In this document: piece after piece, positions 9,868-19,827 of the stretch
How the letters are laid out: each line of letters begins with the position of its first letter
How positions within the stretch are numbered: position 1 is the stretch's first letter
NCBI GenBank assembly: GCA_944331865.1
Contig: CALVIZ010000001.1
Span: 18,766-82,765, forward strand
Length of the DNA: 64,000 nt
From: an uncultured Bacilli bacterium
GTDB lineage: Bacteria > Bacillota_I > Bacilli_A > RF39 > UBA660
Direction: 5' to 3'
Notes under the pieces: model-generated
The model's database searches: none
The model's input: only the letters and a program-made list of their open reading frames with translations
Told to the model about the DNA's origin: nothing
Program-made: the position numbers and the translations under genes

Positions 9868-12243
9868 TTACCTCCTTTTACCATTAATAATTATTATAAA
9901 CATTATAGTATAAATTACATTAATCATATATTTGATTGGTTTTATTATTCCGCTATGCATACTTTTTCCTTCATCGTTTTCTTTCATTTTAACTGCTACT
10001 TCTGATATTTTATAATCTTTAAGTAACATTTCTATTATTAAATTAGCATCAGGAAATTCTGGATAATTTCCAATTTTTGAATAATATTTAATTACATTTT
10101 TATCTAGAAGTTGAAAACCTGAGGTAGGATCGGTAATATTTTCTTTACAAAACCATTTAATTATTAATTGAAACAATTTTGTTCCTATCTTTCTAAATAA
10201 AGGATGCTTATAATCTGTTTTTTCCAAAAATCTTGAGCCAATAATTATATTAGAATCACTTTTTTTATATTTATTTATTAATTTTTTGGCTTCGCTAGCT
10301 AAATGTTGACCATCTGCATCAAATTGAATTACAAAATCATAATCATGTTCGTAAGCATACTTTATTCCTGTTTGTACAGCCATTGCATACCCCATATTAA
10401 ACGGAACATTTAAACATGGAATACCAAGATTTTCTACTATTTCTTTAGTATTATCTGTCGAATAATCATTAGTAACTACTATATCAGCATTTGGCATATT
10501 CTTTCTAATATCAAGAATTACTTTTTCAATATGTTTAGATTCATTAAAAGCAGGAATTACAAAAATAATTTTACTTTTATCTGTCAGTTTTATTTTTTCT
10601 ATTTTTTCAGCCTTTATTTTTGTAGGCATATTTTTAGGAATAAATAATAGAATCAAACCAAGTAATATAAGGGGAAATGCAACAAAGGCATATCTATCAA
10701 TTATTGCTCCCAGAACTGCATGAAATGCTACATGCAAAAAAGCAGAACCAAACAAAACCGTCGATAATAAAAATATATCATTTTCTTTATGTTTAACAAA
10801 TTTAACCAAACTATATATAGCTAAAGGTAATGCCAAGAAAAATAATATCTTAAACAAATATAAATAAAACGGCGAAATATCATTTATAATTTTTCCTAAT
10901 GTTTCATTATGATTTTCCACGCCTTCAAAAGCTGTCATATATTTTACTTCATTATATTCGTACACTTCTTCTCCCCAAGAAGGATACTCCCACCAACATT
11001 TTGTTGTCTCTTGAAAAATTAAAAGCCCAATACTTGTATTTTCGTGTGTAGCATTAAAATTAAATTCATTTATTGTGGTATATCCTAATTCATATGAAAT
11101 TACATTAGATTGATATAAATTTATTATTCCCATAAAATTTCTATAATAAGAAGATAAAGTTAATGTTGGATTTTTTAATGTATTCTTAAACCAAAAAATT
11201 AAACTTTCTCCAACAGAAATCTGAGTATCTTCTGAAATTAATGAAGTTTGTCTAATTAAATTACCATAATTATCACGAACATCATAAATCTTTACATAAT
11301 CGCACCAATTTTTATTTGTTTCACTTAATTCAACAATTCCGATTTTTTCATTTTGGGACAACTCTGAATTAATTATATAATCTATATTACAATATATATC
11401 TTTCGACAATTCGGAATAATGAGCATTTAATCCCGTAATAATACCTTTGGATAAAAAACCAGAACTACTATTACTAGTATTTATTTCAATGTCATTATTC
11501 TGTAATACTCCATTCCATATTAAAATAGATATTAATAAAACAAATAAAGAAATTAATATACAAATAAATTTTTCACCAAACTTTTTAAAACTTTTTTCTC
11601 TAATTCCAATTAAAATACTAAATATAAATAAAATAAAAATTATTATTGGCATATACGGTTGTTTTAAAAACCACATAAATACAACAATTAATGTAAATAT
11701 AATTGTATATAAGATTGTTTTTTTCTTACTTTTATTCCAAAACATATCTTTCCATTTATAAGCTAAATACACTGTTAACATAATTATAGAAGGAGCCACA
11801 GCCTCAGTTAAAAGAGTATGCGAATAACCTATAATTAGAGGGTTAAACATAAACAATATTAAATATAAAAACCAATAAATAACATTACTTCTGCCTTGAT
11901 TATATTTATTTAAAATGCTTTTTAATATCAAGGCAGAAGTCAATAACAAAACAATATACAATAAGAAAAAACCAATTAATATGCCTGTAGGATTACTTCC
12001 AAATAAATGTTTAAACACATACAATATCACAGGAAATGAAAAACCACGCGTAATTGACCACGTTGAAAACGGCGAATCTCCATCCAAAATATTTGTATAC
12101 CAGTAATACGCAGACCCATCTGGAGTTACAATCAAAGAAAATTGAAAATATAATATTCCAAAAAGTATTAGAAAGATTAATGGAATAATAATTTTTTTAT
12201 TTATTTTTTTCTTCATTTTTTTTCTCCTCAAAATTTTCATCAA
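9868..12243 (-). CDS. fusion protein: N-terminal polytopic GT-C-like membrane domain + C-terminal GT2 (Dpm1/GtrB-like) glycosyltransferase
   Basis: 791 aa. About 540 aa with many TM helices, then 'IFVIPAFNESKHIEKVILDIRK...VVTNDYSTDNT...QFDADGQH' GT2 blocks and a terminal TM helix. Confidence 0.65.
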   Translation of the reverse strand: MMKILRRKKMKKKINKKIIIPLIFLILFGILYFQFSLIVTPDGSAYYWYTNILDGDSPFSTWSITRGFSFPVILYVFKHLFGSNPTGILIGFFLLYIVLLLTSALILKSILNKYNQGRSNVIYWFLYLILFMFNPLIIGYSHTLLTEAVAPSIIMLTVYLAYKWKDMFWNKSKKKTILYTIIFTLIVVFMWFLKQPYMPIIIFILFIFSILIGIREKSFKKFGEKFICILISLFVLLISILIWNGVLQNNDIEINTSNSSSGFLSKGIITGLNAHYSELSKDIYCNIDYIINSELSQNEKIGIVELSETNKNWCDYVKIYDVRDNYGNLIRQTSLISEDTQISVGESLIFWFKNTLKNPTLTLSSYYRNFMGIINLYQSNVISYELGYTTINEFNFNATHENTSIGLLIFQETTKCWWEYPSWGEEVYEYNEVKYMTAFEGVENHNETLGKIINDISPFYLYLFKILFFLALPLAIYSLVKFVKHKENDIFLLSTVLFGSAFLHVAFHAVLGAIIDRYAFVAFPLILLGLILLFIPKNMPTKIKAEKIEKIKLTDKSKIIFVIPAFNESKHIEKVILDIRKNMPNADIVVTNDYSTDNTKEIVENLGIPCLNVPFNMGYAMAVQTGIKYAYEHDYDFVIQFDADGQHLASEAKKLINKYKKSDSNIIIGSRFLEKTDYKHPLFRKIGTKLFQLIIKWFCKENITDPTSGFQLLDKNVIKYYSKIGNYPEFPDANLIIEMLLKDYKISEVAVKMKENDEGKSMHSGIIKPIKYMINVIYTIMFIIIINGKRR

Positions 12244-14215
12244 AAAATTTTTTAAATCCTTTAGTTATTTGTTTCCAGTCCCATTTTTGTATTTGTCTTA
12301 AATTTTCTTTGCTTAATTCATTTAAAATTTCTCTGTTATTAACTAATTCAATTATTTTTTCTTTAAATGCCTCTTTCGTTCTTTCTTTTATAATAAATCT
12401 TTTTTGCTTAGTACCTAAAGCATCTGATACAATTCCAACATCAGTAGATATTACAGGAACTCCACAAGCCATTGCTTCTAATACGGGATTTGGTGTTCCT
12501 TCCATTTTTGATGAACATATACATACATCTATTTTAGAATAATATTCTGGCATTTCTTCATGAAGTATCATTTTTTCTTGTTTATCCGCAAAGTATGTTT
12601 TTATATTATAACCTTCATTTTGTAATTCTTGTAATGCCGGCTTTAATATAGTTTTAAATCCTTTAAAATCCTCAATTTCTTGAGACCAAGCACTATTTCC
12701 TACCCAACCAATAACAAGAGGTCTTTCTTGCAAAAAGCGTTCTAAATTTTTAGGCTTAAATAACTCTAAATCAACACCATCAGTAATTACCATCTGCGGT
12801 TTTTTAATTATTTCCGGATTACTATCATAAATTTTCATTAAAATATTAGAAGACACACTATAATTTCGACAATAACTTAAAATATTATTAGTAAAATCCA
12901 AATTATCTAAATATAAATGGTCATAAACAGATGTTGTAATATATTGAGAATTTACATACAACTCCTTAAATCCTTCTAAATCTAAACCACAACTATTAAT
13001 ATAAGCTACACTACTATCAATAAAAGACAAATGAGCCCTCCAAAAAAAGTGTACTAAATCAAACTTTTTAGTATAAAATAACAATTTTACTATATTATTG
13101 TCTAACTCATTTAAAGGAATAATTTCAAAATCATAATATTTTCCCAGATATTTAACTATTTTTTGAGAAATATTCCAAAAGCACCAATCTTTCACATCAA
13201 CAATCAACGCTATTTTTTTCTTATTAGTGTTTCCCTGGCTTTTCAATTGTAAATCAGCATTCTTTTTAGAAATAATATTAAGATCCTTTTGTCTTTCAAT
13301 TATCCATTTTTCAACATTTGCATTCCAAACCTTACAGCCTCTTTTTTGTTCAAAATATAAAGCCGAATCTTTTAGAATTCCATGATCAAAACGAATTTTT
13401 TCATATTCTAAAGCATCTTTATTAGTAGATATAGTATGGTTATGTACTAAACTAATTTTTGGACAGTTTCCTATTTTTAGTCCTTTATTGAAAACTGTTA
13501 TAGAAAAATCCAAATCTTCAAAACCAATAAACATATTTTCGTCAAACATTCCACAATCAATAAACGCTTTTTTATTAATTATAGATGCTCCACCTAATAA
13601 AAATGTTGAAAGTGTAGGTTTAAATTCAATACTTTTATCATATTTTGATTGTTCATATAATGAACCACCACCAATTAAAACATTATTATCATAGTAATCA
13701 ACATATAAAGCTCCGCCATTAGAAAAAATAGACTTTTTATCTTCCGATAATAGAGGAAGATTTACAAACATAACTCCCAATGAAGCTATAGTTTCTTGAA
13801 TTCCTTGTAATGGATTACTGATAAAATAAATGTCATTATCTAAATTCAAAATCCAATCGGTTTCTACATATTGTATTAATTTATTTCTTCCACCTGCAAC
13901 ACCATAATTTTTACCAAATTCAATTAATCTTATATTTAATTTTTTGTGATTTTTAATATATTGTTTTAAAATAGATATTTCTTGATGAGTTGAACCATTA
14001 TCAACAATCAATATTTGTCCTGCAAAATTTATTAATTCTTTTTCAATAGAATTAAGTAAATTGATAGTAGATTCCGAACGATTAAACGACAAAACAGCTA
14101 TTGTTAAATTATCTCCATTTTTCCCAATGTTATTATTCGTAAAAAGTAACCAATCTAATTTAGAGTAACCATATACAGTTGTATTAAGCGTTGATTCAAT
14201 TTTATATTCATTCAT
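12197..14215 (-). CDS. bifunctional glycosyltransferase (N-terminal GT2 + C-terminal GT1/GT4 domain)
   Basis: 672 aa. 'IAVLSFNRSESTINLL...ILIVDNGS' and 'GFEDLDF' (GT2). C-terminal 'EGTPNPVLEAMACGVPVISTDVG' (GT-B). Confidence 0.7.
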   Translation of the reverse strand: MNEYKIESTLNTTVYGYSKLDWLLFTNNNIGKNGDNLTIAVLSFNRSESTINLLNSIEKELINFAGQILIVDNGSTHQEISILKQYIKNHKKLNIRLIEFGKNYGVAGGRNKLIQYVETDWILNLDNDIYFISNPLQGIQETIASLGVMFVNLPLLSEDKKSIFSNGGALYVDYYDNNVLIGGGSLYEQSKYDKSIEFKPTLSTFLLGGASIINKKAFIDCGMFDENMFIGFEDLDFSITVFNKGLKIGNCPKISLVHNHTISTNKDALEYEKIRFDHGILKDSALYFEQKRGCKVWNANVEKWIIERQKDLNIISKKNADLQLKSQGNTNKKKIALIVDVKDWCFWNISQKIVKYLGKYYDFEIIPLNELDNNIVKLLFYTKKFDLVHFFWRAHLSFIDSSVAYINSCGLDLEGFKELYVNSQYITTSVYDHLYLDNLDFTNNILSYCRNYSVSSNILMKIYDSNPEIIKKPQMVITDGVDLELFKPKNLERFLQERPLVIGWVGNSAWSQEIEDFKGFKTILKPALQELQNEGYNIKTYFADKQEKMILHEEMPEYYSKIDVCICSSKMEGTPNPVLEAMACGVPVISTDVGIVSDALGTKQKRFIIKERTKEAFKEKIIELVNNREILNELSKENLRQIQKWDWKQITKGFKKFFDENFEEKKNEEKNK

Positions 14216-14216
14216 A

Positions 14217-14483
14217 TTACTTTTTCCTTCTTATTTTTTTTATTACTTTAAATATTATACTTTTTCTAAATTTTTCAATATATGGAAAATAATTTTGATA
14301 TTTTAATAAAAGTCCATTACAATAATCAGCATCAGTTTTGCATTTTTCATAAGCTAAACGCAAACCGTTGTTAATCTTTTTTAACTCTTCAACCTCACTA
14401 CTTAAAAATTTGTTAATTTCTTTTTCTCTGTTTAATAAAAATTCCAATTGTTCTTTTTGCTTTTCATTCATTCTTTTTACCAC
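14217..14483 (-). CDS. small coiled-coil protein, unknown function
   Basis: 88 aa, heptad-rich 'EQLEFLLNREKEINKFLSSEVEELKKINNGLRLAYEK'. Stop lies 1 nt before the next gene start. Confidence 0.4.
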   Translation of the reverse strand: MVKRMNEKQKEQLEFLLNREKEINKFLSSEVEELKKINNGLRLAYEKCKTDADYCNGLLLKYQNYFPYIEKFRKSIIFKVIKKIRRKK

Positions 14484-14564
14484 CCTTCATAAAACTTCAG
14501 TTGTTTTGATTATATCATTATTTTTAATAATTAGCAAAAATTTACTTAGCCTTTTTTAGTCCGT

Positions 14565-15323
14565 TTATTTATCATCGAATGGAAAAATTGAAGAAGGAAA
14601 AATTACAGCTTGTTCTTTAACATTTGAAATATTTATCATTGCTGTAAAATATGAGCAATTTTTAATTCCAATTTCATGTTCTGGATTTACCTTTATTGAA
14701 TTAATATCAACAAAATTATTTATCATGTCTTTTTGATAATTTAATTTTTCATTTTGATCCAACAAAATATTAATAAATCCTTCAGTCTTAGTACCTATCA
14801 TATATTTAATTTTTGAACTATCGAAAACCTCATTTAAAAGTTCTTGAAACTCTTCAAATGTATATTTTTTAACATGATAAGGATTGAATTGATCTTCCGT
14901 TGGATAATATGCATAATCATTAGGGCAAGTTATAATATAGCATGCCTTTTTCTTGGCAACTCTTTTTATTTCTTGCAAAAATTTTAATGGTTCTTGTAAA
15001 TGTTCAATAGTCTCAAAAGAAACAATCATATCAAAAGTATTATCTTTAAAACAACTTAAATCAGTAGCATCATGAACAATATACCCAACGCCTTTTTCAG
15101 CAAATTCATTATTTGCTTGATTAATGCTTTCTTCAGAAATATCTAATCCAACTACTTTTTTAGCTCCCCATTTTTTTAGCAATTTTGTACCATATCCTTC
15201 TCCACATGCAATATCTAAAATCACTTTGTTTTTACAATATTTTTCAGCTAAACTATATCTCCCCATATGAATTGATGATTCTATTGCAGAATATTTTGAT
15301 TCCATCGGTAATCTTTCTATCAT
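14565..15323 (-). CDS. class I SAM-dependent methyltransferase
   Basis: 252 aa. Motif I 'VILDIACGEGYGT', then 'VVGLDIS' and 'FDMIVSFETIEHL'. Confidence 0.8.
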   Translation of the reverse strand: MIERLPMESKYSAIESSIHMGRYSLAEKYCKNKVILDIACGEGYGTKLLKKWGAKKVVGLDISEESINQANNEFAEKGVGYIVHDATDLSCFKDNTFDMIVSFETIEHLQEPLKFLQEIKRVAKKKACYIITCPNDYAYYPTEDQFNPYHVKKYTFEEFQELLNEVFDSSKIKYMIGTKTEGFINILLDQNEKLNYQKDMINNFVDINSIKVNPEHEIGIKNCSYFTAMINISNVKEQAVIFPSSIFPFDDK

Positions 15324-15325
15324 TG

Positions 15326-17119
15326 CTATTCACCTATAAACCTTTCTACGCTTTTTTTAGAATTTTTATCATATTCTTTTTTCCAATCTTTATAAATTTT
15401 TATTACTTTTTCTTTATTTTCAAGACAATATTTTGCTTTTTTATATATGCTAATTACATTATCATTTTCATTTACAATCAAATATTTCTCTAATTCAGTA
15501 CCTTCCCAAAAATGATGGTTATTACCCGTAATGCAAAGAACTCCCAATTCCAAACTTTCCAATGGAATTAGTGGAGCGCATTCTGAAAAAGTTACATAAA
15601 AATTAATATCATTCTTAGCCATTCTCTCCATTAGTTTATTCCTTGGAATTGAACTACTTAAGCCAGATATTGCAATTTTAAAATTTTTAGCCATTTTTAA
15701 TGCGCTCTCTTGAATTGGAATACAATCTATTTCACAATTTTCAAATAAGCTAGCAGCTCCTAATTGGTTATAAAAATTTTTAACCCATCTATCTCCTGAA
15801 GCATATAATCCAATTTTTATTTTATCAGTATCATTTCTTTTCTGTTCAAATTTAGGTATATTATGAACAGTATTTAAAACTAGTTCAACATTATATCCTT
15901 TTATTTTATAAAACTCATACATACTTTTTTTTACAAAACCTATACTATCTAATAACTCATTATCTAACAGTTTAAATATAGCTTGAAACATATTCCAATC
16001 ATAATCTTCGACATTCATTGCAAGACTTCCATGCCATATTACTTTAACTTTTGTTTTGGAATTTTTATATTTTATTTCCTTAACTAAATCATCCCAACCA
16101 CAAGAAAACGCACTAAATATTACTAATTTTATATTACTATTGTCTATTGCATTAACAATATCATGTATTAATCTTTCATCATGAACTTCATCAATACCTA
16201 TTGTATTATCAAACAACTCTTTAGTGGCATTTTGAGTACCAAGCCAATTTTTATTATAAAAAACTATATATTTTGGATTATTTAAATTATTATACTGTTT
16301 AAAAAATTCTTCTTTAGCAGCAACATATAACTTTTCTTTTTTTTGTTTTCTTTTATGCAATACATAAGGATATAATACCACTTTACCAATTTTCCTTAAC
16401 ACTCGCTTACCAAACACTAAAAAATTTAAAATAGCATTTCCTAATGTTTTTCCAAAAATCATTTGAAACTTTATTCTTTTTTGTTCACCTTGAGGAATCC
16501 AACTACCTACATAGTAATGAATCATACAAGTTCTATTAGTAAACATATTTGGTGACCTATCACTGCTTATTGGATAAAAATAATCCCTGGCATAAATAAT
16601 AACTCCATCTTTTAATTCTTGATTATTTAGGTGATCAAATTTTAAACCATAATCTCTTTTTAAAATATTAGACAAAATGGTAGGAATAGATAGAGAATAA
16701 ATATTTTCTTCTGAAAATTCATTTTCACAATAAAAATCCCATATCTGATTTATTAATTTATTATTTGGCTTTTTTACTCCTAGTACACCAACAGCAACAT
16801 TATATTCGGATTCCCAACCAGCAAAAACTTCATTTTCTAATAATTCATCAATGTTTTTAGTAACTATCATATCGGTATCAAAATATATTCCCCCCATTTT
16901 TTTTAAGGCATAAATTCTTGCTACATCACTAACAAAAGCCCATTTTTTTGCATCATAAGCTTGTTTAGAAAACTTGGTCATATTAACATCAAAATTATTT
17001 TCATTCCATTCTATAATTTCATAATCAGGTAAAAATTTTTTCCAACTTTTAATACATTTTTTAGCTAATTTAGGTAATGGCTTCCCACCGAACCAACAAT
17101 AATGAATATATTTTTCCAT
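15326..17119 (-). CDS. two-domain glycosyltransferase (N-terminal GT32/Gly_transf_sug-like with DXD, C-terminal GT-B-like)
   Basis: 597 aa. 'IHYCWFGGKPLP...', 'FVSDVARIYAL...GGIYFDTDM' (DXD). Confidence 0.65.
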   Translation of the reverse strand: MEKYIHYCWFGGKPLPKLAKKCIKSWKKFLPDYEIIEWNENNFDVNMTKFSKQAYDAKKWAFVSDVARIYALKKMGGIYFDTDMIVTKNIDELLENEVFAGWESEYNVAVGVLGVKKPNNKLINQIWDFYCENEFSEENIYSLSIPTILSNILKRDYGLKFDHLNNQELKDGVIIYARDYFYPISSDRSPNMFTNRTCMIHYYVGSWIPQGEQKRIKFQMIFGKTLGNAILNFLVFGKRVLRKIGKVVLYPYVLHKRKQKKEKLYVAAKEEFFKQYNNLNNPKYIVFYNKNWLGTQNATKELFDNTIGIDEVHDERLIHDIVNAIDNSNIKLVIFSAFSCGWDDLVKEIKYKNSKTKVKVIWHGSLAMNVEDYDWNMFQAIFKLLDNELLDSIGFVKKSMYEFYKIKGYNVELVLNTVHNIPKFEQKRNDTDKIKIGLYASGDRWVKNFYNQLGAASLFENCEIDCIPIQESALKMAKNFKIAISGLSSSIPRNKLMERMAKNDINFYVTFSECAPLIPLESLELGVLCITGNNHHFWEGTELEKYLIVNENDNVISIYKKAKYCLENKEKVIKIYKDWKKEYDKNSKKSVERFIGE

Positions 17120-17121
17120 AT

Positions 17122-18198
17122 TTACTTCCCTTCTATTATTAATTTTAAATCTGCAATTTCATTTTCATTAATTTTTGCAAAATCAATTTTATATTCTATA
17201 TTTTTCTTTTTAAAGTTCAAAATATTATTAGCTATTTTACTAGCATTATTTTCTAACTTTATAGCATAATCATTAATATCAATATATGGACAACTTACAG
17301 GAATAGTTGTCATTATTTGTTTATTTAAAACTAAGGCTTCTAAATATACAACAGGAAACCCTTCATAATTAGAAGTTAAAATTAAACAATCACAATTTTT
17401 CAAATAAGAATATGGATTTTCCTTTGTTGATAACATAAAAATATTATTTTCTAAATTGTTTTTTAAAATAAATTTTTCTATATTCTTAAAATATGGACCA
17501 TCACCAATCAAATATAGTCTAAAGCAAGAATTTTTAACAACCACTTTTTTAAAAGAGTTTAACAACAAATCTAAATTTTTTGATTCATTTTCCAATCTAC
17601 CTAAGAAAATAAAATTTGTATATTTTTTATCAAAAATTGTTACTTTTTCATTAGATAATTTTAAAATGTCTTGGTAATCAAATAAATTATTAATAACCAC
17701 AAAATTATCAGATAATTTTGGAAAAAAAACATCCATTGCTTTTTTACTTTCATTAGATACAAATATTATTTTATTAAATTTGTTTATTTTATGTTTTTCA
17801 AAAAAGTCAACAATATTATTTTTATTCTTTAACATTTGTACATAATTGCTATGAACATATAAAGCATTATTTTTAGATGAAAATTGAGCTAATCTTGATC
17901 CCCAAAAAGAATATGTTGAATAATTACAAGCAAAATCATATTTTTTATTGTTTTTTAACCACCAACTAAATCTTCTAAAACCATTTTGAAGTTTTCTTAT
18001 TAAAACATTCTTGCTCTTGGATATTTTATATTCTTTTACATCAATTTTTTTATCTAGTTTTTTTAATAAAAAACCAGTTTTATTTTCTAAAACCAATGTT
18101 ATATTATAAAATTTTACTAATTCATTTAAAAGAATTACTAAAGATTTTTCCATACCACCTATATTTAGGTCTTTACTAAAAAATACTATATTTTTCAT
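17122..18198 (-). CDS. glycosyltransferase family 4
   Basis: 358 aa. 'SNYEGFPVVYLEALVLNKQIMTT' GT-B block. Confidence 0.7.
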   Translation of the reverse strand: MKNIVFFSKDLNIGGMEKSLVILLNELVKFYNITLVLENKTGFLLKKLDKKIDVKEYKISKSKNVLIRKLQNGFRRFSWWLKNNKKYDFACNYSTYSFWGSRLAQFSSKNNALYVHSNYVQMLKNKNNIVDFFEKHKINKFNKIIFVSNESKKAMDVFFPKLSDNFVVINNLFDYQDILKLSNEKVTIFDKKYTNFIFLGRLENESKNLDLLLNSFKKVVVKNSCFRLYLIGDGPYFKNIEKFILKNNLENNIFMLSTKENPYSYLKNCDCLILTSNYEGFPVVYLEALVLNKQIMTTIPVSCPYIDINDYAIKLENNASKIANNILNFKKKNIEYKIDFAKINENEIADLKLIIEGK

Positions 18199-18210
18199 TA
18201 CATACCCCCA

Positions 18211-18960
18211 TCATTTTTGATTCATAAATGATGTATATTCATCACACACTTCTTTTCCACCTTTTTTTTGTACTACCCCATGTTCTATCCATATAACTTT
18301 ATCACACATCTTTTTTATTTGTTCAATTGAATGAGACACAAATAAAACTGTTGTTCCACCACCAATCATTTCCATCATTTTTGCTTCACTCTTTGCTTGA
18401 AAAGCAATATCACCAACAGATAATATTTCATCAACGATTAAAATCTCTGGTTCCACAATTGTAGCTATAGAAAACGCAAGTCTTGCAACCATCCCAGATG
18501 AAAAATTTTGAACAGGAACATCTAAAAATTCTCTCAACTCAGAAAATTCTACTATTTCATCAAATTTTTCATCAATAAAACTTTTTGAATAACCCATTAC
18601 AGCTCCATTAAGATATATATTTTCTCGAGCTGTAAGTTGTGGGTCAAATCCTGCCCCAAGTTCAATCATAGGGCAAATATTACCATAAACTTTTACATTA
18701 CCTTTGGTTGGTTTCATTACTCCGGCCACAACTTTTAAAAGCGTTGACTTACCAGCCCCATTTGATCCAATAAATCCAACAACTTCACCTTTATTGATTT
18801 TAAAATCAACATTTTTTAAAGCCCAAAATTCCGTTTTATCCTTTTTCTTGCGTTTTCCCAAATCTACAAACCATTGTTTTAAAGAAAATCCTTTTTCAAT
18901 TCCTAGATTAAAACGCATTGATACATTATTTACTTCAATCATAGTTTCTTTTTTCTTCAT
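18211..18960 (-). CDS. tagH: polysaccharide/teichoic-acid export ABC transporter ATP-binding protein (TagH/Wzt-like, no C-terminal extension)
   Basis: Walker A 'GSNGAGKSTLLK', signature 'FSSGMVARLAF', Walker B 'ILIVDEILSVGD'. Likely start is the ATG at 18960 after GGGGTG. Confidence 0.8.
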   Translation of the reverse strand: MKKKETMIEVNNVSMRFNLGIEKGFSLKQWFVDLGKRKKKDKTEFWALKNVDFKINKGEVVGFIGSNGAGKSTLLKVVAGVMKPTKGNVKVYGNICPMIELGAGFDPQLTARENIYLNGAVMGYSKSFIDEKFDEIVEFSELREFLDVPVQNFSSGMVARLAFSIATIVEPEILIVDEILSVGDIAFQAKSEAKMMEMIGGGTTVLFVSHSIEQIKKMCDKVIWIEHGVVQKKGGKEVCDEYTSFMNQK

Positions 18961-18970
18961 AAAGACACCC

Positions 18971-19762
18971 CTATACATAATAAATAAATTTATCTTGGTT
19001 TTTCTTAAATATTATTATTCCTAGAACCAAAAATACTACTGCAAATAAACCACAATAAATCCAGACATTTATACCAGGAACTTGATTATACAAAATAATA
19101 TCTCGAGCAAAATATATAAACCAATACAATGGATTTAATTTAAAAATAGTTTGTAATGGACCAGAAATAATTGCAATATCATACATTATTGGAGTCATGT
19201 AAGTCCATAAAGTTAATACAACTCCATATATATAAAACATATCTCTTAAAAATACTGCAACAGTTGATAATATTAATCCAAAACCTACTGTAAATATAAA
19301 CATACACAAAAATGCATATGGTAATAACAAATGATAAATATTTATACCTGTACCTGTAATAAAAATTATTGCATATAAAGGAATAAGTGTTAATAAAAAG
19401 TTAATTCCTACAAATAAGCATTTAGAAATCGGAAAAATATATTTAGGAATATAAACTTTATTTATTAAACTAAAATTAGCAACAACACTACTCATTGCAA
19501 GATTTGATGCTTCACTAAAATAGTTAAATATAACAAGCCCACTCATTAAATAAACTAAATAATTAACTCCAGGGGTTGAAAACTTAAACATTCTAGTAAA
19601 AACTAAAGCCATAACTGCCATAGTCAACACTGGATAAAGAAGACTCCAAACAATTCCCAAAACACTTCTTTTATATTTAACTTTAAAGTCTCTTGAAACT
19701 AATTGTTGCAACAAAAAGCCATATTTTTTATAAGTATATTTTAAATTATTAATTATTTTCAT
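18971..19762 (-). CDS. tagG: ABC-2 type polysaccharide/teichoic-acid export permease (TagG/Wzm-like)
   Basis: 263 aa with 6 TM helices. N-terminal 'LLQQLVSRDFKVKYKRSVLGIVWSLL' is the ABC-2 hallmark. Confidence 0.8.
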   Translation of the reverse strand: MKIINNLKYTYKKYGFLLQQLVSRDFKVKYKRSVLGIVWSLLYPVLTMAVMALVFTRMFKFSTPGVNYLVYLMSGLVIFNYFSEASNLAMSSVVANFSLINKVYIPKYIFPISKCLFVGINFLLTLIPLYAIIFITGTGINIYHLLLPYAFLCMFIFTVGFGLILSTVAVFLRDMFYIYGVVLTLWTYMTPIMYDIAIISGPLQTIFKLNPLYWFIYFARDIILYNQVPGINVWIYCGLFAVVFLVLGIIIFKKNQDKFIYYV

Positions 19763-19827
19763 TATTAAATCCTTTCATTAATCATTATAACAAAAAAAAT
19801 CACCAATAAGCAACTTATTAATATTTA

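Noticed and set aside
3868-19024. Plus-strand track ORFs inside the glycopolymer locus (3868-4122, 8144-8428, 11447-11761, 11915-12106, 12309-12542, 13488-13694, 14368-14559, 15185-15493, 17456-17677, 18704-19024) and the nested same-strand ORF 7156-7341
   Set aside because: All lie fully inside longer minus-strand genes with clear family motifs. Their products are I/L/F/N/K-rich low-complexity strings, as expected from the antisense or shifted frame of AT-rich coding DNA.
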